DNA from: an uncultured archaeon
GTDB taxonomy: Archaea; Asgardarchaeota; Thorarchaeia; Thorarchaeales; Thorarchaeaceae
Length of the DNA: 10,370 nt
Direction: 5' to 3'
Assembly (NCBI GenBank): GCA_964473825.1
Contig: CAYYQL010000061.1
Coordinates: forward strand, 1-10,370
Under the pieces are notes generated by a model. It was not told where the DNA came from. It ran no database searches and saw nothing but the letters and a program-made list of their open reading frames with translations. A program made the translations under genes and the position numbers. Positions within the stretch are counted from its first letter, which is position 1. Each line of letters starts with the position of its first letter. This document shows positions 1 to 6,762 of the stretch, piece by piece.

Positions 1-42
1 TATGCTGTAAATCTTGAGCCACAAATTGTGCGAGCCGACCAT
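1..42 (-). CDS. Possible N-terminus of a minus-strand gene running off the window (MVGSHNLWLKIYSI...)
   Basis: ATG at 42-40 on the minus strand, open to the window edge, divergent from the DedA gene. Only 14 codons are visible, so no product can be assigned. Confidence 0.3.
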   Translation of the reverse strand, partial: MVGSHNLWLKIYSI

Positions 43-145
43 CAACTATCTCGAGAAACCTATATGAGGCCCTGATTTGTGGTCAAAGCAAGCTGTGGCG
101 TTGAAAAGAACTTGAAATCGCCCAGCACCACGGAGCGTTGCATGT

Positions 146-742
146 TTGCAAGACGTCGTACAGGTCTTCACAGATTTGATTCTCGAGGGGTATCTCGGGC
201 TGTTCTTAGCCTGTTTGATTATCAATATGGTCCCGTTTGTGAGCCCCAGCAATATGGTTCTGGCTGGCGTTGCGTCTTTGCTGCTCCCTTGGATGCATTG
301 GGTCTCAGTGGGTCTAATCGTCGCTATGGCCGCCACACTCTCAAGTTTCATCTATTATCTACTCATTCGGGGCTCAAGGGTGGTTCTCTCCGCCGAGCAA
401 ATCGAACGACTTGATTCAGAACGAAGACGGATGGAGCGGTGGGGTTCACTTGCTCTATTCTTGGCTGCAGCATCTCCTGTGCCCGACGATCCTCTGATAA
501 TATACGCCGGTTTCATAAAACACCCTATTCCTGCATATCTGATTAGCTTCTTCTCAGGCAAGGTTCTTGTTACACTGGCCGGTGCACTGATTGGATACAC
601 CGTGGGTGGCATCTTTACGTCTTTGCCGATTGTCATCGGATCGATTGCGCTTACGGCCCTTCTCACGGGCTATCTCTTCAAGTGGAGGACGCAGAGTGAA
701 GAGTCTGATCAGTTTCACGACATATTGGATGAGGCAATCTGA
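146..742 (+). CDS. DedA/VTT (SNARE-associated Golgi protein) family membrane protein
   Basis: 198 aa, several hydrophobic segments, N-terminal 'NMVPFVSPS', and DedA/VTT-like core 'MERWGSLALFLAAASPVPDD...AG....P...YLISFFSGK'. TTG start. Confidence 0.8.
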   Translation: MQDVVQVFTDLILEGYLGLFLACLIINMVPFVSPSNMVLAGVASLLLPWMHWVSVGLIVAMAATLSSFIYYLLIRGSRVVLSAEQIERLDSERRRMERWGSLALFLAAASPVPDDPLIIYAGFIKHPIPAYLISFFSGKVLVTLAGALIGYTVGGIFTSLPIVIGSIALTALLTGYLFKWRTQSEESDQFHDILDEAI

Positions 743-783
743 ATAGTATCTGTAACATAGATGCAGTCAGACTGGATACTTCG

Positions 784-799
784 GAACTCTTAAGAGCTC
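784..799. promoter_or_regulatory. Near-perfect 16-bp palindrome centred on TATA-like CTTAAG upstream of the CpXC gene
   Basis: GAACTCTTAAGAGCTC (7 of 8 pairs), about 35 bp upstream of ATG 834. Confidence 0.35.
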
Positions 800-833
800 T
801 GACGCGTGGGCTCGTTAAGCACCGGTGAGCAAG

Positions 834-1229
834 ATGCCAGGTACAAGCACGGTTGAAGTGAAATGTGTTAAGTGTGGTCGTGTATACGAAACCGAGGTCA
901 TAGACCACATAGATCTCTCTCAAGACAGAGACCTCTACCGAAGAATCCAACGGGGTAAGATTAACCGTGCACAGTGCCCGAAGTGTCGGAAAGTCATGTA
1001 CATGGATCGCAGTGTTGTTATCAACTTCGAGCCATTGGATCTCATTGTTGTGTATGATCCTAATGCCAAAACGGCTGTGGCCAAGAGGGAGATTGAAGAC
1101 CAGTTTCGCAATGTCACCTCATTCAACGAAGTACTTGAAGAGGTTGGCCATGACGTTGAGTTCGAGGTCATTAGTGACCTCAAGAGCCTCAAGAAACTGA
1201 TGAAGGATTATCTTAAGACCTATGGATAG
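834..1229 (+). CDS. CpXC-domain (CxxC...CPxC zinc-ribbon-like) protein
   Basis: 'VKCVKCG..YETEV...ID...D.DL...I..G.IN...CPKC' fits the CpXC domain pattern. GGTGA at 824-828 favours ATG 834 over the GTG at 825. Confidence 0.75.
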   Translation: MPGTSTVEVKCVKCGRVYETEVIDHIDLSQDRDLYRRIQRGKINRAQCPKCRKVMYMDRSVVINFEPLDLIVVYDPNAKTAVAKREIEDQFRNVTSFNEVLEEVGHDVEFEVISDLKSLKKLMKDYLKTYG

Positions 1230-1232
1230 ACT

Positions 1233-2300
1233 TCATCTCTTTCGTTTTCCAAGAAGGAACTCTTCAACCCATCGCTCAGCCTTGTACATCTTGGTCGCTC
1301 TAGGAGGCTTCTTGAATCCATAGGCGGAGATTGACTCGAGGGCTCCACCTACACCTCTCTTGAGAGCGAGTTTGGCTGCGCGAATTGCATCAAGGAGAAT
1401 CGGTCCTGCATTCGGTCCGTCGGTGACTTCCATTCTGATATCAATTCTCACTGGAGCCGCTCCAAATTGCCTTCCGTTTATGTAGAAGTATGATTCTCTG
1501 CTATTATCCATGAACGGCACAAAATCTGACGAACCCGCGACCAATGATGCATCGTACGGGAGGTCTTGGCTTACGGCCTCACTCTTCACGCGACGCTTTC
1601 TCATTCTGCCCCTATAGTGGGAGTCAAGCGACTCCGCACCACCACCAACATCAAGCTGATAGCTTTCATCTACCCGTACACCACGTGCAACCAGAAGTTG
1701 TAGAATATTCCTGTGAAGAATAGTCGATCCGAGCTGATCCTGGATGTCGTCGCCGACCAGGGGAATACCACGTTCTTGAAACCGTTCTTCCCATTCAGGG
1801 TCTGAAGCAATTGGAATAGGTGTTCCATTGATGAACGCACATTCCGCCTCAAGGCATGCGTTGGCGTAGAATGCAGTCGCCTGTACAGATGAGCCCGGTA
1901 AGAGGTTGATTGCTATCTCTGCTCCAGTATCCTTCAGAACCTTCACAACATCCACTTCTGGAATCTCAGCCACCTTGACTAGTGCCCTCAGATTGTCGTC
2001 AATACCATCATGGACCGGTCCTCGTAGCACTTTAACGCCTGTCTTGGGGACCTTCGCGAATCGCATGACATTATTCGGCTCGGCGAAGATGGCCTCCGAG
2101 AGATCAAATCCGACCTTTGACTCTGTGACGTCAAACGCAGCTACGAACTCGATATCACTAACATGGATTCCTGCAAGGTCCGGATGAATCAGACCGATGA
2201 GTTCCTCTTCGCTCTTGGCATCCTTGTAGTGTTGCAAACCTTGTACAAGTGCACTTGCGCAGTTTCCTATTCCTATGAGCGCTACTCTAACCTTATCCAT
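1233..2300 (-). CDS. ino1: myo-inositol-1-phosphate synthase family protein (archaeal/actinobacterial type), divergent active site
   Basis: Rossmann motif 'VALIGIGNCASALVQG', 'FVAAFDV...KVG.DLSEAIF..PNN', 'GDDI..Q.G.TI.HR', 'YQL.VGG', 'D.PN', 'FKKPP'. Several conserved catalytic-site residues are substituted (see findings), so the ino1 label marks the family rather than a confirmed function. Confidence 0.85.
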   Translation of the reverse strand: MDKVRVALIGIGNCASALVQGLQHYKDAKSEEELIGLIHPDLAGIHVSDIEFVAAFDVTESKVGFDLSEAIFAEPNNVMRFAKVPKTGVKVLRGPVHDGIDDNLRALVKVAEIPEVDVVKVLKDTGAEIAINLLPGSSVQATAFYANACLEAECAFINGTPIPIASDPEWEERFQERGIPLVGDDIQDQLGSTILHRNILQLLVARGVRVDESYQLDVGGGAESLDSHYRGRMRKRRVKSEAVSQDLPYDASLVAGSSDFVPFMDNSRESYFYINGRQFGAAPVRIDIRMEVTDGPNAGPILLDAIRAAKLALKRGVGGALESISAYGFKKPPRATKMYKAERWVEEFLLGKRKR

Positions 2301-2353
2301 TGGATATTCCTCTTGGTCCAGCTCGTTGGTTCGGCTTCGAGTGTTCGTCTGGT

Positions 2354-2361
2354 CTTATAAG
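2354..2361 (-). promoter_or_regulatory. TATA box of the ino1-like gene
   Basis: CTTATAAG about 55 bp upstream of the ATG at 2300, with a purine-rich BRE-like GAACAA on its 5' side on the minus strand. Confidence 0.55.
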
Positions 2362-2364
2362 TTG

Positions 2365-2380
2365 TTCTATGGCCATAGAA
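2365..2380. promoter_or_regulatory. Perfect 16-bp palindrome, candidate transcription-factor operator
   Basis: TTCTATGGCCATAGAA is its own reverse complement. It lies 3 bp upstream of the ino1 TATA box, between two divergent promoters. Confidence 0.55.
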
Positions 2381-2424
2381 TAGTATGCGGTCTTAGGTGG
2401 TCTTCCTCTGGCCTTCGGACCTTG

Positions 2425-2439
2425 GGAAATGCTTATGTG
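2425..2439 (+). promoter_or_regulatory. BRE/TATA-like promoter for the putative ncRNA
   Basis: GGAAATG-CTTATGTG. The TATA-like part (2432-2439) lies about 20-27 nt upstream of the first helix at 2459, and no convincing protein gene follows. Confidence 0.45.
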
Positions 2440-2458
2440 AGAAGCTGTGTGTATAATT

Positions 2459-2972
2459 GGTTGGACGACGAATCGACAGACATGAGCTTCACAATTGGCC
2501 CGTCAGGGTGGGTCAACAGAAAGCTTCGTGACCAGCGGCTGACCTGAATGTCCTACTATAGGAGGTTCGGCTCTCACCAAATGGTTCAGAGAGAGGCTGT
2601 AGTGGCGCGGGATGTGGGGCTGCGATGACGTTTATCCAAAAGAATGGGTGTGTTTCATAGCCCGTAGGGCACAACATACCAGTCGATTGTCGTCCACCTC
2701 ATTCTCCCGTCCCATCGATTTCAATCGGTACGGTCTGAATTGCACAAGGCCCGACTGCAGTTTGTCAGCGAGCTGCATCCGGATACTCGTAGTTTTTTCT
2801 TTTCTATTACTTGTGTCAACGGGGGCACAGTCTGCACGAGGTTCTGAAACAACAGCTGCAAAATTCTGTCGGAGAACGGAATTCTCAGATGAAGAACCTT
2901 AGAATGGCATTTGGGGTTCTGGAGACGGGGAATGCTTGGTTTCTTATTTCCAGCGCAGAATGCTCAGCTCCA
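2459..2972 (+). ncRNA. Putative large structured non-coding RNA of unknown family (core domain 2459-2698; further hairpins to ~2965-2972)
   Basis: A 17-bp closing helix (2459-2477 with 2682-2698) encloses hairpins 2481-2530, 2544-2570, 2571-2593 and 2617-2663. Further hairpins follow at 2701-2740, 2751-2782, 2812-2829, 2838-2900 and 2906-2964. Non-Watson-Crick pairs are mostly G-U on the + strand. The 3' end is uncertain (2698, ~2800 or ~2972). Confidence 0.6.
2793..2805 (+). terminator. Oligo-T tract, possible archaeal terminator (or internal U-rich loop of the ncRNA)
   Basis: TTTTTTCTTTTCT begins about 10 nt after the 2751-2782 hairpin. Confidence 0.35.
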
Positions 2973-2977
2973 CGCTG

Positions 2978-4144
2978 TCACTCCTCTTCTAAACTCCGCG
3001 CCAGAAGGGTGACAACATCGATGACGTCAACGTTCGAATCGATGAGGCTTGCTCCAGCACCAAGGTTGTGTTCACAGAAAGGGCATGCTGTTGCCAAGAC
3101 GTCGGCCTCCGATTCCTCGGCATCTCTCACTCTGTCTGCTCCAATACGCTTTGCAAGGTCGGAGTCATATGATCTGAGTCCCCCACCGGCACCACAGCAC
3201 ATTGCCTGTTCATGATGGGTCTCCATCTCCACAAGCTCAACCCCCGGAATCGATTTGAGAACGTAGCGTGGGCTATCGTAGATTCCGAGTTCACGTCCCA
3301 TATGGCAGGGATCATGGTATGCTGTTCGGTACTTCCTCGGTAGTCTATTCGGTCTGAGTTTTCCCTCTTTGATCAACCTCTCGGCATACTCTACTATATG
3401 CAGCACCTCTGGAATCTCAATGCCCATCCGGGGGTAGTCTTCTCGAAGGGTCTTCAGACACCCTGCGCAACTAACGATGATCTGCTTTGCACCAGTGGAA
3501 CGTAGCGTTGCCCCCACTTTCTTGGCGTTGTCCTCCGCCTCCTTCGTTCGTCCGGTCCTGAGCATGACCGAGCCACAACAGGGCTCATCCTCCATAATTG
3601 AAAAGTCCACTCCGGCCGCCTTGAGAATCCTTGCCGTATCTTTAGCTACATCTTGTATTCGCATACCCGCAGTACACCCAACATAGTAGAGCGTATCTCC
3701 TTTGGCTGGAATATCGAGTCCGAGTTCTTCAATCCACTTTCGTCTGACAGAATTGTCTTCGTCGTAGGGGTTGTCGTGAGCAATTATCTTCTCACTAATA
3801 GCATCTCTGACATCGTTTGGAATCGCATTCAGAACGTGTCGTACCTGCTCCAGCGCTTTAGCAGGTTCGAACTCTGATGGACAGATTGCTGTGCAATTGC
3901 CGCACAGAGTGCATTGATAGAGAGATTCTGCGTTTTCTGCCGTCCTTTCAAGCACGCCTTCAAGAAGACCCAATGCAACCATGATTTTTCCTCGCATGAA
4001 GCTAGTTTCAAAGCCGCTTGAGTTCTTCCACACCGGACAGATTCCATCGAATCCTCTGCTCTCGTAGACTGCGTTTCTGCACAATCCGCAGCGTCTGCAT
4101 TGAAGCAGCTCCTCTTTCAGATAGTCCAGCTCAATATCAACCAT
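2978..4144 (-). CDS. (Fe-S)-binding oxidoreductase, GlcF/GlpC/HdrD-like (2x[4Fe-4S] plus two CCG domains)
   Basis: CRRCGLC...CP and CTLCGNCTAICP ferredoxin motifs; CCG domains 'GCT...CCGS...CAGC' and 'HDPCH...CCGAGGG...CPFC'. Starts 1 nt after the stop of the upstream oxidase. Confidence 0.9.
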   Translation of the reverse strand: MVDIELDYLKEELLQCRRCGLCRNAVYESRGFDGICPVWKNSSGFETSFMRGKIMVALGLLEGVLERTAENAESLYQCTLCGNCTAICPSEFEPAKALEQVRHVLNAIPNDVRDAISEKIIAHDNPYDEDNSVRRKWIEELGLDIPAKGDTLYYVGCTAGMRIQDVAKDTARILKAAGVDFSIMEDEPCCGSVMLRTGRTKEAEDNAKKVGATLRSTGAKQIIVSCAGCLKTLREDYPRMGIEIPEVLHIVEYAERLIKEGKLRPNRLPRKYRTAYHDPCHMGRELGIYDSPRYVLKSIPGVELVEMETHHEQAMCCGAGGGLRSYDSDLAKRIGADRVRDAEESEADVLATACPFCEHNLGAGASLIDSNVDVIDVVTLLARSLEEE

Positions 4145-4145
4145 T

Positions 4146-5588
4146 TTATGTAACTCTCACTCTTTCGAAGTCACTACCTTCTCGGTCAGGCATGAGAATA
4201 CCTGGATTCATGATGTTGTTTGGGTCGAGGAGCTTCTTTAGAGCCTTTATGAGTCTGAGATAGTCTCTCATCTCCTCTACACCTTCGACCCAATAGGTTG
4301 CAAGTTTGAATGGAACTGCTCCTGTCTTGAAGAGTCTTCTCGAGAGAGCAGCATGTGCATCACGGACCTTCTGTTCTTCCTCAGCATCTTCCGGGTCAAA
4401 ATAGAGGTGGGGATAGAAATTGTAGCTAGCGTGACCCGTAAGGAAGCCTGCGGTGTGACCAAGCAGTCCGAACTCATCCATCACTTCCCAGATAGACTCA
4501 ACAGACCTATGCCAGTTGGTAGGTGTCTGGTGATGATAGAGAATGCGCCAGTGCCAGCCGTGAGCATAGGATGAACGCGCGAAGGTTCGCATCCGATCAT
4601 CCCACTCTCCCTGGGGCAACTCGCTAATCCCGATGATATCCCCTCCAAGACTCTCGCAGATCTCAGCCGCCTTCTTTACATCGCTCGTCAAGTGGTCTGC
4701 TCTCAACCTGCCAATTGTCACTGAAACCGTGAAAGATGGCCATTCGTGCTTCGGGATGCCGTATTCCTCTCCTAGCATATCCATAAAGAACTCGAGAATT
4801 CGTCCCTCGTAGATTGAGGCGAAGACCGCCTGCACATCGTTCTCCCTCAGACCCAAGAGAAAACGCTCAGCCTGTTCGGCGGACTCGAATCCATAGGTTT
4901 CATAGTGGAAATTGCGAATACGCCTGAAAATCTTCACTGAAACCTTGGTGATGATTCCTAGTGCGCCCAGTGAACCTATGAAGAGCCCGGTTATGTCTGG
5001 CCCAAATGCGTATCTCAGGAAGGGTCCTGGGGCGTCAGGATTTGCCTCTGAACCCGTCTGTATGATTGTTCCATCGGGCAGAACTACCTCAAGTCCTAGG
5101 ACCATCTCTGCAATACACCCATAGGTGCTTGAACCCGGTCCTGCTCCATTGACTGCCACATTTCCTGCAACAGTACATACAAGGGACGATTCAGGGTAGA
5201 TGGGTACCCAAAGATCATGCTGGTTCAAGTACTTGTCGAGCATGCCGAATGTCACACCCGCTCCCACCCTGACTGAGCGCAGGTCTTTGAACAAGGTTAT
5301 CTCATCCAGACGCATGAGCTCGACGACTAGGCCTCCTTCTTCTGGAATGACTTCTCCCTGAAGGCTTGAACCTCCTGACCTTGCTGTAACAGGTATCTTG
5401 TATTTGTTTGCGACCTGCAGAATCTTTGAGACCTCATCTGTACTTCCCGGACGGACAACTGCTCCGGGCAATACGCCGTCATATCCTATCGACGCGGAGT
5501 GCGAATAACTGAGAAGCACATCGTTTCTGGTCGAAACATAGGAATCTCCTACTATGCTGGCAAGCTCACTCACTACCTGCTGGTCCAC
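4146..5588 (-). CDS. FAD-linked oxidase/dehydrogenase (VAO/PCMH/GlcD superfamily)
   Basis: 'P.AVVRP.STDEVSKIL..AN...IPV.ARSGGSSL.G', 'TVAGNVAVN..G', 'VLGLEVVLPDG', 'LFIGSLGALGIITK', C-terminal 'LK..LDPNNIMNPG'. GTG start preceded by a GGAGG RBS. Confidence 0.9.
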   Translation of the reverse strand: MDQQVVSELASIVGDSYVSTRNDVLLSYSHSASIGYDGVLPGAVVRPGSTDEVSKILQVANKYKIPVTARSGGSSLQGEVIPEEGGLVVELMRLDEITLFKDLRSVRVGAGVTFGMLDKYLNQHDLWVPIYPESSLVCTVAGNVAVNGAGPGSSTYGCIAEMVLGLEVVLPDGTIIQTGSEANPDAPGPFLRYAFGPDITGLFIGSLGALGIITKVSVKIFRRIRNFHYETYGFESAEQAERFLLGLRENDVQAVFASIYEGRILEFFMDMLGEEYGIPKHEWPSFTVSVTIGRLRADHLTSDVKKAAEICESLGGDIIGISELPQGEWDDRMRTFARSSYAHGWHWRILYHHQTPTNWHRSVESIWEVMDEFGLLGHTAGFLTGHASYNFYPHLYFDPEDAEEEQKVRDAHAALSRRLFKTGAVPFKLATYWVEGVEEMRDYLRLIKALKKLLDPNNIMNPGILMPDREGSDFERVRVT

Positions 5589-5619
5589 TAGATGGCCTCC
5601 AAGAACTGAATCACTGCGA

Positions 5620-5946
5620 CTAGAATATGTGTCGAATCTTCATGAGGTCAGAAGCTGACCCCTTGACTTTGAGTTTTCTTCTCAACAGTGCCGACGCGGC
5701 ACTCATCTCTTCTAGGAAGAGTTTCCTGATGGAGTCTTCGTCGCTCTCAATCTTCATGTCGTACTCTTCGATGCCACCCTCTTCCACCTTGATGTCGTTG
5801 TCTTTTACAATGAAGTGGTACTTCGGTCCTTCCTTTAGTTCGAGGAGGGCCGTTTTCTCCCAGCCGTCGATTGCTTCGATTGTCTTCTCTCTCTCAAGGC
5901 CAATGGCGATTCTCTCTCTCATGAGGGATAGCAGGTCTTCTGTCAT
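5620..5946 (-). CDS. SCP2 sterol/lipid-binding domain protein
   Basis: 108 aa; 'YHFIVKDN.I.V.EG....D..I..D.D....LF....SA.SALL.RKLKVKGS..DLMK' matches the SCP2 C-terminal pattern. First gene of the three-gene minus-strand operon. Confidence 0.8.
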   Translation of the reverse strand: MTEDLLSLMRERIAIGLEREKTIEAIDGWEKTALLELKEGPKYHFIVKDNDIKVEEGGIEEYDMKIESDEDSIRKLFLEEMSAASALLRRKLKVKGSASDLMKIRHIF

Positions 5947-6115
5947 CTGTCAATTCTCTCCTGTAGATGCAGGGCCACTCGCACCATGTTTTAGTCTTTT
6001 TCATACCAATGCATCGGCAGAAAGCGAAGAATAAGAGAATGATGGTTGTTCATCGAAGTATGGACTTCATCTCTCAAGATTCTGAATGACCCAACAGGAA
6101 TCCAAATAAGAGTTC

Positions 6116-6670
6116 ATGGCTTGCGACCAGATGATTTTCATGACTAATGGGGAGAGTTCACGACCAGATGAATTGGAAAACAAGCCGATGAGCTGGAGCC
6201 GCGGAGACGAGATCAAGGAAAGCATCCATGTCATGCTGTCACATCATCCCCCCTCTCTCTATGGGCACTGCCTTCGAGTTACGTTTCGCGGAAGATCTTT
6301 GTATCTGTGCGGAAGATGTACTGGAATATATGGTGGACTCGGTTTGGGGATTCTGAGTATAATACTTCTACAGGTTCCCCTTGAGCCTTCATGGGCATGG
6401 TTTATTCTTGCCGTGGCGATGGGTCTTGCAACTGTGGTGGATTGGACAAGTCAACGCCTTACCCCCCGAAAGACAACCGTGCAAGTCAGATTCTGGACCG
6501 GCCTCTTCAGTGGATTCGGATTGGCAATAATCTTCATGCTTCGGAATCTGTTCTTCATGCTGATAGCTCTTGTTGGAATGACTGTATCTGTAGGAGTAGT
6601 CAGTCTAGTAGAGAATCGACGAAACCAGCAGGCAATAGAGGTTGCGCGAGAAGAATCCACTAGTGAATAG
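6116..6670 (+). CDS. DUF2085-like membrane protein (HH...C...CxRCxGIY motif)
   Basis: 'LSHHPP...HC......G..L.LCGRCTGIYGG' followed by about four transmembrane segments and 'DWTSQ........VRFWTG'. The start may instead be ATG 6131 or 6140. Confidence 0.7.
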   Translation: MACDQMIFMTNGESSRPDELENKPMSWSRGDEIKESIHVMLSHHPPSLYGHCLRVTFRGRSLYLCGRCTGIYGGLGLGILSIILLQVPLEPSWAWFILAVAMGLATVVDWTSQRLTPRKTTVQVRFWTGLFSGFGLAIIFMLRNLFFMLIALVGMTVSVGVVSLVENRRNQQAIEVAREESTSE

Positions 6671-6733
6671 AGCGCGCCTTCTTGCAAGAACGAGTGGTAC
6701 AGATTCCATGCTAGCCAAAATGTTTTATCTGCC

Positions 6734-6747
6734 TTGGAGCGCTCCAA
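6734..6747. promoter_or_regulatory. Perfect 14-bp palindrome between the TATA box and the start of the aminotransferase gene
   Basis: TTGGAGCGCTCCAA lies just downstream of CAAAATG-TTTTATCT (BRE/TATA-like, ~6716-6730). Confidence 0.45.
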
Positions 6748-6762
6748 AGAGCGGTGAATATG

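Noticed and set aside
2399-2527. RNase P RNA-like words (GAGGAAGACC on the minus strand at 2399-2408; AACAGAAAGCTT on the plus strand at 2515-2526)
   Set aside because: They are on opposite strands and cannot form P4 in the required order.
2625-2658. SECIS-like ATGA...AAAA hairpin (Asgard SECIS elements are eukaryote-like)
   Set aside because: There is no 3' GA for the non-canonical quartet (ATGA pairs with TCAT instead), and I found no plausible selenoprotein gene with an in-frame TGA.
2584-2663. Group I intron-like R/S elements (GTTCAGAGA...; GAGGCTG/TAGCCC resembling P7 with a bulged A)
   Set aside because: The conserved GACUA/UAGUC is not matched, I found no convincing P3-P6 or host exon, and AGCCC has a local partner.
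2459-2698. MITE interpretation of the terminal inverted repeat
   Set aside because: The repeat has bulges, there is no target-site duplication and no transposase, and the internal G-U-rich helices favour an RNA. A copy-number search would settle it.
2612-2902. 96-aa + strand ORF in the gap (also 2275-2547 and 2811-3215)
   Set aside because: No recognisable domain, atypical Cys/Ser/Arg-rich composition and no clear RBS. The region is better explained by RNA structure. Not formally excluded.
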